Source of the DNA: Sedimentisphaerales bacterium
GTDB taxonomy: Bacteria; Planctomycetota; Phycisphaerae; Sedimentisphaerales; Anaerobacaceae
Assembly (NCBI GenBank): GCA_016932095.1
Contig: JAFGDN010000026.1
Location: 4,692-68,691 of the forward strand
Length of the DNA stretch: 64,000 nucleotides
Reading direction: 5' to 3'
Positions 26,531-36,917 of the stretch are shown in pieces (position 1 is the first letter of the stretch; each line of letters starts with the position of its first letter). A program made the position numbers and the translations under genes. The notes under the pieces are model-generated. The model was not told the origin of the DNA and did no database searches. It saw nothing but the letters and a program-made list of their open reading frames with translations.

Positions 26531-28090
26531 ATGGAAGACAAAGTATTGATATTCGATACAACGTTAAGAGACGGGGAGCAGGCGCCGGGGGCGTCTCTTT
26601 CAGTGGCGGAAAAGCTCGAAATAGCCCGGCAACTGGGGGTATTGGGCGTGGACGTTATCGAGGCGGGATTTCCCGTTTCGTCGCCCGCGCAGTTCGAGGC
26701 GACAAGCAGGATAGCCGAACAGGTTCAGGACGCGACGATTTGCGGACTTGCGAGGGCCCACGAGGCGGACATTACCTCGGCGGGAAAGGCCCTCGCCCCG
26801 GCAAAAAAGCGTCGAATACATACGTTTATCGCGACAAGCTCGATACATATGAAGCATAAGCTCAATAAGACGCCTGCCGAGGTCCTTAAAATGGCTGTGG
26901 CAGCCGTAAAGCTCGCTAAAACGTTTACAGACGACGTGGAGTTTTCGCCTGAGGACGCCTGCCGGAGTGAGATGCCGTTTTTGATTGAGATTTTGACCGC
27001 GGTTATCGAGGCCGGCGCGACGACGTTGAATATACCTGATACGGTGGGGTATGTATTGCCTTACGAGTATGGTCAAATCATCGCCCAGCTTGCCGCAGGC
27101 GTCCCCGGAATAGACAAGACAGTGATAAGCACCCACTGCCACAACGACCTGGGCCAGGCAGTGGCGAATTCGTTAGCCGGCGTGAGAAATGGGGCCAGGC
27201 AGGTGGAATGCTCGGTCAACGGCTTGGGCGAGCGGGCGGGGAACGCTGCGCTTGAGGAAGTTGTGATGGCGATACATACCAGGCCCGACTTTTTTGGAAA
27301 GGGTCGCGAAAAGCCGTTGATGACGAACATCAAGACGACCCAGATTTACAAGACCAGTCAGCTTGTATCACGTTTGACGGGGTTTGTGATACAGCCGAAC
27401 AAGGCAGTCGTTGGCGCTAACGCTTTTGCTCATGAGTCAGGTGTGCACGTGGATGGCGTCTTAAAGGAGCGCAAGACATACGAAATTATGACGCCTGAGA
27501 CGATCGGGCTTGCCGGTTCGAGAATGGTTCTCGGCAGACATACGGGCAGGCACGGGTTCGCGGACCGATGCAAGAAATTAGGGTATAAGCTCAGCAAGGA
27601 AGAAGTTGAAACGGCCTATCAGAGATTCACGCAGGTTGCTGACAAGAAAAAAGAGGTGTTCGACGAGGACCTTGTCGCGATTATAGATGACGAGGTGCGG
27701 GTGGTAGAGCATACGTTTGAATTAGAGTATATGCGGGTATTGATAGAGACAGGGATAAATCCGCAGGCGACGGTGAAGATAAAGAGCAAAGATGGCGTTA
27801 AAGAGGCGAAGGCCGAAGGCGATGGGCCTGTGGATGCGGCTTATAACGCAATACGCGAGGCGACCGGCTTCTCGCCGAATCTGGAAAGCTACTCAATACG
27901 CGCGGTGACAAGTGGTAAAGAGGCATTGGGCGAAGCAACGGTGAAAATCAAGACCGATGGCCGGACGTTTGTCGGCAGAGGTATATCGACCGACATTATC
28001 GAGGCAAGCGCAAAAGCGTATATCGACGCTATTAACAGAATGGTCGGCAGACCCGGCAAAGAAGAACGGGGACTCAAAGCGGAGCTGTAA
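26531..28090 (+). CDS. leuA: 2-isopropylmalate synthase
   Basis: [29 protein letters not shown] and a C-terminal LeuA dimerisation/regulatory domain; 519 aa. Confidence 0.95.
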   Translation: MEDKVLIFDTTLRDGEQAPGASLSVAEKLEIARQLGVLGVDVIEAGFPVSSPAQFEATSRIAEQVQDATICGLARAHEADITSAGKALAPAKKRRIHTFIATSSIHMKHKLNKTPAEVLKMAVAAVKLAKTFTDDVEFSPEDACRSEMPFLIEILTAVIEAGATTLNIPDTVGYVLPYEYGQIIAQLAAGVPGIDKTVISTHCHNDLGQAVANSLAGVRNGARQVECSVNGLGERAGNAALEEVVMAIHTRPDFFGKGREKPLMTNIKTTQIYKTSQLVSRLTGFVIQPNKAVVGANAFAHESGVHVDGVLKERKTYEIMTPETIGLAGSRMVLGRHTGRHGFADRCKKLGYKLSKEEVETAYQRFTQVADKKKEVFDEDLVAIIDDEVRVVEHTFELEYMRVLIETGINPQATVKIKSKDGVKEAKAEGDGPVDAAYNAIREATGFSPNLESYSIRAVTSGKEALGEATVKIKTDGRTFVGRGISTDIIEASAKAYIDAINRMVGRPGKEERGLKAEL

Positions 28091-28091
28091 G

Positions 28092-28126
28092 AAAATTAAA
28101 AATCGAAAGGTAAAATGTAAAAAGAC
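28092..28126 (+). repeat. A-rich 35-nt intergenic repeat, copy 1 (after leuA)
   Basis: aaaattaaaaatcgaaaggtaaaatgtaaaaagac matches copy 2 at 30 of 35 positions (hand alignment). Confidence 0.6.
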
Positions 28127-28156
28127 AAATAAAAATTAAGAAGTTGGATGTGAGCT

Positions 28157-29419
28157 ATGAGTATGACGATAACAGAAAAGATTTTAGCGCGGGCGTCGGG
28201 TAAAAAGGCGGTCAAGGCGGGTGAATTAGTCAATGCGAAAATTGACCTTGTGATGTGTCATGAGGTAACGACGCCTGCGGCGATAACGATGCTGATTGAA
28301 AAGGGTATCGATAAGGTGTTCGACAAAAAAAGAATAGTCGTAACGCCCGACCATTTCCAGCCGGCAAAAGACATAAAAAGCGCGGAATTGCATAAACGCC
28401 TTGATGAATGGGCCAAGAGGCACAAAATCAAATACTATTATAAATTGGGCAGAGCGGGCGTCTGCCACGCGCTATTGCCTGAGCAGGGGCATATTCGGCC
28501 CGGCGAGGTGATTATCGGCGGGGATTCGCATACCTGCACATACGGGGCGTTCGCCTGTTTCAGCACGGGCGTCGGGTCAACGGATTTGGCGGCGGCAATC
28601 GCTACGGGCGAACTTTGGTTCAAGGTGCCGGAGTCAGAGAAGATTGTATTGAACGGCAAACTCCCAAAAGGCGTTTACAGCAAAGACGTAATCTTAGCGG
28701 TGATTGCACGCATTGGAGTCGATGGTGCTTTGTATCGGGCGATGGAGTTCGTCGGGCCTGCGCTGAAAGATATGTCGATGGAGGCGCGGATGACAATGAC
28801 GAATATGGCAGTCGAGGCGGGCGCGAAAAACGGGATAATTGGGTTTGATGCGACGACGAAGAAATATCTTGCTAAGCGTCTTAAAGATAAGAAGACCTAC
28901 AAGGTATATGAGTCGGATGCGGACGCCCAATACGTTGCGACCGAGGAGTTTGACTGCGCGAAATTAGAACCGATGGTGGCGATGCCGAGTTTGCCGAGTA
29001 ACGCCGTGCCGATTAGCAAATGCAAGGGTAAGCCGATGGACCAGGCGTATATCGGTAGCTGCACGAACGGGCGGATTGAGGACCTCAGGATTGCAGCGAA
29101 GATTCTCAAAGGCAGAGAGGTAAAGATTCGCACGATAGTCGTGCCGGCGACGCCGACGATATGGAAACAGGCGGATGACGAAGGATTATTCGACGTCTTT
29201 TATAGAGCTGGCTGTGTAATCGCCGCGCCGACCTGCGGGGCGTGCCTTGGCGGGTTTATGGGAATACTCGCTGCGGGCGAAAAATGCATCAGCACGACAA
29301 ACCGCAATTTTGTCGGCAGGATGGGACATCCGAAGAGCGAGGTATATCTCGCAAGCCCGGCGACTGCGGCGGCAAGCGCCCTCACAGGGAAGCTGGAAGA
29401 CCCGAGGAAATTCCTTTAA
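28157..29419 (+). CDS. leuC: 3-isopropylmalate dehydratase large subunit
   Basis: Aconitase-family Fe-S ligand blocks [16 protein letters not shown] and CGACLG; 420 aa. Confidence 0.95.
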   Translation: MSMTITEKILARASGKKAVKAGELVNAKIDLVMCHEVTTPAAITMLIEKGIDKVFDKKRIVVTPDHFQPAKDIKSAELHKRLDEWAKRHKIKYYYKLGRAGVCHALLPEQGHIRPGEVIIGGDSHTCTYGAFACFSTGVGSTDLAAAIATGELWFKVPESEKIVLNGKLPKGVYSKDVILAVIARIGVDGALYRAMEFVGPALKDMSMEARMTMTNMAVEAGAKNGIIGFDATTKKYLAKRLKDKKTYKVYESDADAQYVATEEFDCAKLEPMVAMPSLPSNAVPISKCKGKPMDQAYIGSCTNGRIEDLRIAAKILKGREVKIRTIVVPATPTIWKQADDEGLFDVFYRAGCVIAAPTCGACLGGFMGILAAGEKCISTTNRNFVGRMGHPKSEVYLASPATAAASALTGKLEDPRKFL

Positions 29420-29421
29420 TT

Positions 29422-29456
29422 AAAATTAAAAATCAAAAATTAAAATGCAAAATGAC
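29422..29456 (+). repeat. A-rich 35-nt intergenic repeat, copy 2 (after leuC)
   Basis: aaaattaaaaatcaaaaattaaaatgcaaaatgac. A T-rich, partly complementary arm follows at 29499-29550 (agttttgatttttgatttgtgtttttgatttttgc...). Confidence 0.6.
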
Positions 29457-29566
29457 ATAGTAAAAATTAAAAAGGACTTTAGTCGCAAGCGGCATTGCAG
29501 TTTTGATTTTTGATTTGTGTTTTTGATTTTTGCTTTTTGATATTTGATTTAACGAGGTGAATTTAA

Positions 29567-30052
29567 ATGAGTAAAGCGCACGTGTACAAAAGGGACCATA
29601 TAAATACGGATGAAATAATACCAGCCAGATACTTGAATACAGATGACGAAAAAGAGCTGGCGAAGCATTGTATGGAAGATTTGGACGCCGGTTTTATGAA
29701 GAAGGTCAGCAAGGGGGACGTTATTGTCTCGGGCGAGGACTTCGGCTGCGGGTCATCGAGAGAGCATGCGGTGTGGTCGCTCCGCGGGGCAGGCGTGCAA
29801 ACGATAATCGCCAGGACATTTGCGCGGATATTCTATCGAAATGCGATAAACTGCGGTTTTTACACAATCGAAAGTAAGGACGCGGTCGAGCGAATCAATG
29901 ACGGCGACGAGGTGCAAATAGATTACCAAGCAGGTATAATCGAAGATAAGACAAACGGCCAAAGGATTGAGTTTAGGCCTTTGCCGGAGTTCGCGCTTGA
30001 AATAATCAGGGATGGCGGATTACTGGAACATATAAAGAAAGTTAAAGGTTAA
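29567..30052 (+). CDS. leuD: 3-isopropylmalate dehydratase small subunit
   Basis: GEDFGCGSSREHA motif; 161 aa; follows leuC. Confidence 0.9.
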   Translation: MSKAHVYKRDHINTDEIIPARYLNTDDEKELAKHCMEDLDAGFMKKVSKGDVIVSGEDFGCGSSREHAVWSLRGAGVQTIIARTFARIFYRNAINCGFYTIESKDAVERINDGDEVQIDYQAGIIEDKTNGQRIEFRPLPEFALEIIRDGGLLEHIKKVKG

Positions 30053-30092
30053 AAGGAAAAAACTAAAAATAATAAATCAAGGCCTATTGGAT

Positions 30093-30593
30093 ATGACGGA
30101 AAGAGAAGAACGGTTGAATCCATACAATAAAGATTCTCTACGCGCTGCTGCTAATGCCGCCTTAAATCTACGCCAACAAATCGGTCACAATAAAGGAGTT
30201 ATGTACGTAAACTATGGGGATAATCACGGATGTCTACAAATTGATGTTTTCGTACTTACGGAAGAATACATAAATAAGTTGAAAGGAACGGTTCCTGAAG
30301 AATTCGAAGGATTTGGCGTTGCATTTCATGCACCGTATTGGTCTATTGGCGAACTTTGCCCGCAATATAAAGAACAAGTTCATAGTTATCCAATTTGTTT
30401 CTTTGATTCGCCAAAAGCACGAGAAAGAAACAAGTTTTATGATTATGTAACGTCAGAAGAAAAGAAGAAATGGGATAAGATGAATAACATAGAGCGCAGG
30501 ATTTTTATTGATAATCTTATCGAAACTCAGAGGAAATCTGGATGGGAAGATGCAGGGAATTGTTACGAAAATTGGCGAAATGAAGGTTTCTAA
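30093..30593 (+). CDS. Hypothetical protein (about 166 aa) inserted between leuD and leuB
   Basis: ORF only, A+T-rich by eye, no recognisable motif. Taken from ATG 30093; the track uses TTG 30087. Confidence 0.45.
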   Translation: MTEREERLNPYNKDSLRAAANAALNLRQQIGHNKGVMYVNYGDNHGCLQIDVFVLTEEYINKLKGTVPEEFEGFGVAFHAPYWSIGELCPQYKEQVHSYPICFFDSPKARERNKFYDYVTSEEKKKWDKMNNIERRIFIDNLIETQRKSGWEDAGNCYENWRNEGF

Positions 30594-30669
30594 AAACAGT
30601 GTCCAATGACGAATATCCAATATCGAATATCGAAGCTAAATTGAAGATAAAACGAAAGGAGACAAAGAC

Positions 30670-31758
30670 GTGGCGAAGAGTTACAAGATTGCGGTGATAC
30701 CTGGAGACGGGACTGGGCCGGAAGTTACGGCTGAAGCGGTGAAGGTATTGAATGCGGCGGCGGGGAAGTTCGGGTTTAAACTGGATATGACGAGCTTCGA
30801 TTTCGGCGGGGAAAGGTATAAGAGGACGGGGGAGACGCTGCCGGATAGCGCGATAGAGGAACTGCGCAAATTCGATTCGATATTGCTTGGGGCGATAGGT
30901 CATCCGGACGTTAAGCCGGGGATATTAGAAAAGGGGATACTGTTAAAAGCGAGGTTCGAGCTTGACCAGTATATCAATCTGCGGCCTGTGAGATTGTATC
31001 CGGGAGTTGAGACGCCTATAAAGGGCAAGGGGCCTGATGATATTGACTTTGTTGTAGTGCGGGAAAATACCGGCGACCTTTATACGGGGACGGGCGGATT
31101 TACGATGAAAGGAACACCGCAGGAGGTAGCGGTGCAGTCGGCTGTTTATACACGGTTTCAGGTCGATAGGTGCCTGAAATACGCGTTCGAATATACGAAG
31201 AAATACGGCAAGAAGGCAAGGGGCAAAGGCCAGAACAACACCCTTGCACTTAGCGGCAAGACCAACGTGCTGACATACGTTTACGATTTGTGGGAGCGGG
31301 CGTTTCACGAAATGGGGCAAAAGCAATACCCCGATATCAAGCGGGAGTATTATCACGTGGACGCGACTTGTATGTGGTTTGTGAAGAACCCGGAGTGGTT
31401 CGACGTGATTGTTACGGGCAATATGTTCGGCGACATTATCACGGATTTGGGCGCGATGATTCAAGGCGGGATGGGAATCGCCGCGGGCGGCAATATCAAC
31501 CCGGAAGGTGTCAGCATGTTCGAGCCGATAGGAGGAAGCGCACCAAAATATACGGGTCAAGGCGTAATTAACCCGTTGGCAGCGATTTGCGCCGGCTCAA
31601 TGATGCTCGAAACCTTAGGCGAGCAAAAGGCAGCGACTAAAATCGAGGACGCGGTGAAATTCGTAACGGCCAATAAGCTGAAATCATTGGCAGCCGGCAA
31701 GATGGGCTATTCGACGAGTCAGGTGGGAGATTTGGTAGCAGGTGAATTAGCAAAGTAA
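30670..31758 (+). CDS. leuB: 3-isopropylmalate dehydrogenase
   Basis: [25 protein letters not shown] and GGSAPK motifs. GTG start is preceded by AGGAG. Confidence 0.95.
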   Translation: MAKSYKIAVIPGDGTGPEVTAEAVKVLNAAAGKFGFKLDMTSFDFGGERYKRTGETLPDSAIEELRKFDSILLGAIGHPDVKPGILEKGILLKARFELDQYINLRPVRLYPGVETPIKGKGPDDIDFVVVRENTGDLYTGTGGFTMKGTPQEVAVQSAVYTRFQVDRCLKYAFEYTKKYGKKARGKGQNNTLALSGKTNVLTYVYDLWERAFHEMGQKQYPDIKREYYHVDATCMWFVKNPEWFDVIVTGNMFGDIITDLGAMIQGGMGIAAGGNINPEGVSMFEPIGGSAPKYTGQGVINPLAAICAGSMMLETLGEQKAATKIEDAVKFVTANKLKSLAAGKMGYSTSQVGDLVAGELAK

Positions 31759-31764
31759 GGAGTT

Positions 31765-32706
31765 ATGCCAGCAAACCTTACGCCAGATTATTACAAGGCG
31801 GAGCAGTGGTATAGGGAAGCGACGACTGCCGAGGAAAAAATCCTTGCGCTCGAACGGATGCTTGCGGTTATGCCCAAGCACAAGGGGACCGACCACCTCA
31901 AGGCGGACATTCGAAGGAAGCTAAGCGCATTGAAGGAGCACGAGGAGAAACGGCACAAGGCGGGTGGGGTGGATATTTTTCACGTGCCACGGATGGGGGC
32001 GGGGCAGGTGGTCCTATTGGGACTTCCGAACAGCGGGAAAAGCTCGATAGTGGAGGTTTTGACCAATGCGAAGGTTCACGTGGCGCAATTCCCGTATGCG
32101 ACAAATGCGCCTGTTCCGGGGATGATGAACTACGAGGGGGTTCATATACAGATTGTGGATATGCCGCCGATAACGGCCGATTACATTATGCCGGGGCAGG
32201 TGGGGACGTATCGCAACTGCGATTTGATTGCGATTGTTGTTGATTTGTCGGCGGATGTTGAGGGGCAGTTGAAGATATGCCTGGAATTTTTGGAGGCGAG
32301 GAATTTGCTGCTGGGTAAAAGGACGATTTGCATCGGGACCAAAAACGACATTGCGCAAGAAGGTGCGGCTGAAAAAATCAGACAACTGTGCGGGGACAGG
32401 ATTGCGGTGATTGCGGTTTCGATTGTAAGAGGGGAGGGAATGGGGGAGCTGCCGAAATTGTTATTTAAGGAGTTGAGAGTTATCAGAGTTTTCGCGAAGC
32501 CGCCGGGAGAGAAGCCGGATATGAATGAGCCGTTTACGCTGCCCGAGGGAGCAACAGTGCTGGATTTGGCTGGGACGATTCATCGGGAGCTTGCGGAGAA
32601 ACTTAAGCACGCTCGGATTTGGGGCACGGGTGTTTACGAAGGGCAAAACGTGCAGAAGAGCCACGTTTTGCAGGACAAGGATATCGTTGAACTGCACTTC
32701 GGATAA
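31765..32706 (+). CDS. DRG/Obg-like GTPase with C-terminal TGS domain
   Basis: An N-terminal helical region is followed by G1 GLPNSGKSS, G3 DMPP and G4 TKND. The C-terminal TGS-like segment is (GATVLDLAGTIHRELAEKLKHARIWG...). Confidence 0.75.
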   Translation: MPANLTPDYYKAEQWYREATTAEEKILALERMLAVMPKHKGTDHLKADIRRKLSALKEHEEKRHKAGGVDIFHVPRMGAGQVVLLGLPNSGKSSIVEVLTNAKVHVAQFPYATNAPVPGMMNYEGVHIQIVDMPPITADYIMPGQVGTYRNCDLIAIVVDLSADVEGQLKICLEFLEARNLLLGKRTICIGTKNDIAQEGAAEKIRQLCGDRIAVIAVSIVRGEGMGELPKLLFKELRVIRVFAKPPGEKPDMNEPFTLPEGATVLDLAGTIHRELAEKLKHARIWGTGVYEGQNVQKSHVLQDKDIVELHFG

Positions 32707-32781
32707 TCTCACCGCGGAGGCCGCGGAAGAAAAAGGAAAAATAAATAACGTTGAACGCAGAACATCGAACAAAGAGGCGAT

Positions 32782-35700
32782 ATGAGCAAGACATACGTAA
32801 TACTGATTTCGATAATTTTGGGCGCTGGTATTTTAGCGGGGGGATGCGAGGAGGCGGCAAGGGGAAACAGGGTTGTTGAACTAAAAAGGGATTACCCGAT
32901 TGAATCGGTGGGGTTGAGGGACGTCAGTTTAGAGGGCGGGTTCTGGGGCAAGCGGCTTGAGATGAATCGTGAGGTCACGATACCGCACATTTTCAAGCAA
33001 TGTCAGGCAAAGGGGCGGATTGATAATTTCGCGATAGCGGGCGGCTCAATGCAGGGTGAGCCGAAGGGGAATTTCCCTTTCGATGATACGGACGTGTATA
33101 AGGCGATTGAGGCGGCGTCGTATTCGTTAATGACGCGGCCTGACCCGAACCTTGAGAAATACTTAGATGAGATAATTGCCAAGATAGCCGCGGCGCAGGA
33201 GGAGGACGGTTATTTATACACGGCGCGGACTAATAAATACAAGCGATTAGCCAACTGGTATGGGCCGCAGAGATGGTCCCGGGTGGATAAAAGCCACGAG
33301 CTTTACGACGCGGGTCATTTATACGAGGCGGCGGCGGCACATTATCTTACGACGGGAAAACGGACGCTTCTGAATGTTGCGATGAAAAACGCTGATATGC
33401 TCTGTAAGACATTCGGGCCTGATAAATTGCATAAGTGGCCGGGGCACCAAGTGATTGAAATGGGGCTGGTTAAGCTGTATCGGGTAACCGGCGAGCGGAG
33501 GTATCTGGATTTGGCGAAGTTTTTCCTGGATGTGCGGGGCCCCAGAGGCGGGGAATACGCGCAGGCGCATAAGAAGCCGGTTGACCAGAACGAGGCGGTG
33601 GGACACGCGGTGCGGGCGGCGTATATGTATGGGGGAATGACGGATATCGCGGCGCTGACGAGGGAAGAGAGATACGCCGAAGCGGCGGAGCGGATATGGG
33701 AAAACGTTGTAGGCAGGAAGATGTATATAACGGGCGGAATTGGGTCGAAAGGCGACGGTGAGGCGTTTGGGAAAGATTATGAGATGCCGAACGAGACGGC
33801 GTATTGCGAGACGTGCGCGGCGATCGGCAACGCGATGTGGAATTACAGATTGTTTCGTCTCACGGGCGACGGGAAGTATTTAGACGTTTTCGAAAGGGCG
33901 CTTTATAACGGTTTGCTTAGCGGAGTGTCACTGGGCGGAGATAAATTCTTCTATGTCAACCCGTTAGAGTCGAAAGGGCAGAATAAGCGTGAGGCGTGGT
34001 TTAAGTGCGCGTGCTGCCCGCCGAATGTAGCGAGGTTTATAGCGTCGCTGCCGGGATACTTTTACGCGAAGGCCGATGACATTATTTATGTAAATATGTT
34101 TGCAGCGTGCGAGGGGGAAATCAAACTAAAAGATAATGCAGTGAAGATAAAACAGCAAACGCGGTATCCGTGGGAAGGGGCGGTGAATCTGACGTTTGAA
34201 CCAACGAAAACGGGGAAGTTTGCGGTAGCGGTTAGAATTCCCGGATGGACACAGGGCAAACCCACGCCGAGTGATTTGTATAGGTATATCGATAGCGGCG
34301 ACCGGAAAATCGGGATTAAACTCAACGGCGCAGTGATTGAGCCGGCAATGAAAAATGGTTTTGCGTTCATCGAGCGTAAATGGCAAAAGGGCGATGTTAT
34401 AGAACTGGGTATGCCGATGCCGGCCAGACGTGTTTTGGCTAACGCGAACGTGGCGGCGGATATGAACAAGGTTGCGATAGAGCGCGGGCCGGTTGTCTAT
34501 TGCGCGGAATGGCCTGATAACGACGGGGACGTTATTGATTTGATTTTGCAGGATAACGCGATGCTGACCGCGGAATACCGGGACGACTTGTTAGGCGGGG
34601 CGACGGTGATTCGCGGCGATAACAGTATGACGCTGATACCTTATTACGCTTGGGCGAATCGCGGGCAGGGGCCGATGGCAGTATGGCTATTGAGGGACAA
34701 AATGGCGAGCGAACAGGAAGAAGAAACGCAAATGAAGATTATTATAGACGCGAACCGGACGGCTGAGCCGATATCGAAATACATATACGGGCAGTTTATC
34801 GAGCATCTGGGCAGGTGTATTTACGGGGGGATGTGGGCGGAAATGTTAGAGGACCGCAAGTTTTATTACCCGATAACGGATAATTATCAGCCGTTGGGAA
34901 CAGCCGATGACGCGCAGCGATGGAAGTCCAGACCATATAAGTATCTCAAGGCGTCGCCGTGGAAGGTAATCGGACCTGCTGGAACGGTTACGATGGATAC
35001 GAATAATCCATACGTGGGTCAGCATATGCCTGTTATTCATTTATCGGAGGATGGAAATGAGTCAGGTATTTCACAGGAAGGTTTAGCGATTCTAAAAGGC
35101 AAGGGATATACGGGCAGAATAATACTTGCGGGAGATGAGGATGCGGGGCCGATTGTGGTGAGGATTGTGCCGGTCAGCGGTGAGGCGATTGATATAAACG
35201 TCGGTGAAGTAAGCGGAGAATTCAGAACGCACAATATTGGTTTTACGTCGCCGGTGTCGAGTGATAACGTACGTCTTGAAATCGTTGGCAAAGGGATGGG
35301 CACATTCAGGATTGGGACGCTGTCGCTTATGCCGGCGGATAATATCAAAGGGTGGCGAAGCGACGTGGTTACGCTGCTGAAGGATTTGAATTCGCCGGTG
35401 TATCGGTGGCCTGGAGGGAATTTTGTGAGCGGATATGACTGGCGGGACGGGATTGGAGAACGAGACAAAAGACCGCCGCGGAAAAACCCGGCGTGGAAGG
35501 GCGTGGAGCACGACGACGTCGGGATTGACGAATATATGGAGTTGATGGAGATAATCGGGGCTGAGCCGTTTATTGCGGTGAATACCGGTCTTGGGACGAT
35601 TGAAGAGGCGGCGGCGGAGGTTGAGTATTGTAATGGCTCAGTTGATACCCCGATGGGTAAGCTGCGGGCACAAAACGGCCATCTTGAGCCATACGGCGTT

Positions 35701-36618
35701 AAGTGGTGGGCGGTGGGAAATGAGATGTTTGGGGATTGGCAATTAGGGCATATGCCGCTTTTGGAATACGTGGAAAAGCACAACCATGCGGCTGAGGCGA
35801 TTTGGAAGGTTGACCCGAACGCCAAACTTGTCGGCGTGGGCAACGTAGGCAAATGGAGCGAGGCGATGCTCAGGACGTGCGGCGATTATATGAACCTTAT
35901 AAGCGAGCATATTTACTGTAAAGAAAACAAGGACGTTGTGAAGCACACAAAGCTTTTAGCCAGGATGATAAAACGCACGGCGGACGCGCACAGGAAATAC
36001 CGCAGGGACATAAACGAGCTATCAGGTAAAGACATCAGAATTGCGATGGACGAGTGGAATTACTGGTACGGCGATTACATTTACGGCGAACTCGGCACGC
36101 GGTATTATTTGAAAGACGGATTGGGCGTCGCGACGGGATTGCACGAGTTTTTCAGGAACAGCGACCTGTATTTTATGGCCAATTACGCCCAGACGGTCAA
36201 CGTCATAGGGGCGATAAAGACGACAAAGACCGCGGCGGCGTTCGAGACGACGGGGCTTGTTCTGAAAATGTACCGGCGGCGCTTCGGCGAGATTCCCGTC
36301 GAGGTCAAAAGCAGTCATATCGGCCCAATCGACGTTATGGCGGCGTTGACGAGCGACCGGAATGTGCTGACCATAGGCATCGTAAATCCGACGGATAAAG
36401 CATACGAGATACCGGTTGAATTTAAGAATGTCAGGGTTGCGGACAAAGGGAAACAATGGATTATAACAGGAACGGACCCGATGGCGTTCAATGAGCCGGG
36501 AAAAGAGCCGAAAGTTATGATTGAGGATAAGACGGTTTTAGGATTGTCAAGTAAGTTGAGCGTGCCGGCGTTAAGCGTCAGTATATTTGGGCTGGAAGTG
36601 CAAAAACAACAGAATTAA
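32782..36618 (+). CDS. Fusion of a GH127 beta-L-arabinofuranosidase-like domain and a GH51 alpha-L-arabinofuranosidase-like domain
   Basis: N-terminal half: HELYDAGHLYEAAAAHY, GHAVRAAYMY, CETCA and CACCPPN (GH127/DUF1680 Cys-ligand pattern). C-terminal half from about 34732: YGQFIEHLGRCIYGG, WAVGNEMFGDWQLGH and IAMDEWNYW (GH51 acid/base and nucleophile blocks). It is a single uninterrupted 1278-aa frame with a signal/lipoprotein-like N-terminus. Confidence 0.8.
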   Translation: MSKTYVILISIILGAGILAGGCEEAARGNRVVELKRDYPIESVGLRDVSLEGGFWGKRLEMNREVTIPHIFKQCQAKGRIDNFAIAGGSMQGEPKGNFPFDDTDVYKAIEAASYSLMTRPDPNLEKYLDEIIAKIAAAQEEDGYLYTARTNKYKRLANWYGPQRWSRVDKSHELYDAGHLYEAAAAHYLTTGKRTLLNVAMKNADMLCKTFGPDKLHKWPGHQVIEMGLVKLYRVTGERRYLDLAKFFLDVRGPRGGEYAQAHKKPVDQNEAVGHAVRAAYMYGGMTDIAALTREERYAEAAERIWENVVGRKMYITGGIGSKGDGEAFGKDYEMPNETAYCETCAAIGNAMWNYRLFRLTGDGKYLDVFERALYNGLLSGVSLGGDKFFYVNPLESKGQNKREAWFKCACCPPNVARFIASLPGYFYAKADDIIYVNMFAACEGEIKLKDNAVKIKQQTRYPWEGAVNLTFEPTKTGKFAVAVRIPGWTQGKPTPSDLYRYIDSGDRKIGIKLNGAVIEPAMKNGFAFIERKWQKGDVIELGMPMPARRVLANANVAADMNKVAIERGPVVYCAEWPDNDGDVIDLILQDNAMLTAEYRDDLLGGATVIRGDNSMTLIPYYAWANRGQGPMAVWLLRDKMASEQEEETQMKIIIDANRTAEPISKYIYGQFIEHLGRCIYGGMWAEMLEDRKFYYPITDNYQPLGTADDAQRWKSRPYKYLKASPWKVIGPAGTVTMDTNNPYVGQHMPVIHLSEDGNESGISQEGLAILKGKGYTGRIILAGDEDAGPIVVRIVPVSGEAIDINVGEVSGEFRTHNIGFTSPVSSDNVRLEIVGKGMGTFRIGTLSLMPADNIKGWRSDVVTLLKDLNSPVYRWPGGNFVSGYDWRDGIGERDKRPPRKNPAWKGVEHDDVGIDEYMELMEIIGAEPFIAVNTGLGTIEEAAAEVEYCNGSVDTPMGKLRAQNGHLEPYGVKWWAVGNEMFGDWQLGHMPLLEYVEKHNHAAEAIWKVDPNAKLVGVGNVGKWSEAMLRTCGDYMNLISEHIYCKENKDVVKHTKLLARMIKRTADAHRKYRRDINELSGKDIRIAMDEWNYWYGDYIYGELGTRYYLKDGLGVATGLHEFFRNSDLYFMANYAQTVNVIGAIKTTKTAAAFETTGLVLKMYRRRFGEIPVEVKSSHIGPIDVMAALTSDRNVLTIGIVNPTDKAYEIPVEFKNVRVADKGKQWIITGTDPMAFNEPGKEPKVMIEDKTVLGLSSKLSVPALSVSIFGLEVQKQQN

Positions 36619-36630
36619 AAAGGGAAAAAT

Positions 36631-36825
36631 ATGGAATGTCAGAAGAAGGAGAATTTGAAGAATTGCGCCTGCACGTATCCTGGATGTGATAAAAAGGGTA
36701 TGTGCTGCGAGTGCATAAGCTATCATTTGATGAACAGGGAGCTGCCGGGGTGCTGTTTTCCGCCTGATGTGGAGAAGACATACGACCGCAGCTTCAGAGC
36801 GTTTGCCAGGGCGTGGAACTTATAG
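36631..36825 (+). CDS. Small Cys-rich protein (64 aa; possibly DUF6485-like)
   Basis: MECQKKENLKNCACTYPGCDKKGMCCECISYHL..LPGCCFP has 9 Cys in the first 45 residues. The family name is from memory and unverified. Confidence 0.5.
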   Translation: MECQKKENLKNCACTYPGCDKKGMCCECISYHLMNRELPGCCFPPDVEKTYDRSFRAFARAWNL

Positions 36826-36862
36826 CTGTAAAATCGTTATTGTCGCAGTTCATCGGTTAAAC

Positions 36863-36890
36863 AAAAAAGCCGCCGGTATTTTCCGGCGGC
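36863..36890 (-). terminator. Rho-independent terminator between convergent units
   Basis: GCCGCCGG (36869-76), loop tatttt, CCGGCGGC (36883-90). On the minus strand the stem is followed by TTTTTT. Confidence 0.7.
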
Positions 36891-36917
36891 TTATGATATT
36901 GTGAAACAACTTTCAAT

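Noticed and set aside
29242-29460. 72-aa ORF ending ...[13 protein letters not shown], and the similar 27957-28139 ORF
   Set aside because: Both are read-through of the A-rich intergenic repeats in alternative frames of leuC and leuA. They are artefacts of low-complexity sequence.
28092-29556. Possible CRISPR-like array in the leu spacers
   Set aside because: There are only two copies of the 35-mer, and they are separated by a whole gene (leuC). There is no regular repeat-spacer structure and no cas genes.
30943-31560. 205-aa minus-strand ORF
   Set aside because: It is antisense to leuB.
35037-35852. 271-aa minus-strand ORF
   Set aside because: It is antisense to the GH51 domain, which contains the GNE and DEWN catalytic blocks. 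The ORF is Ser/Pro-rich noise.
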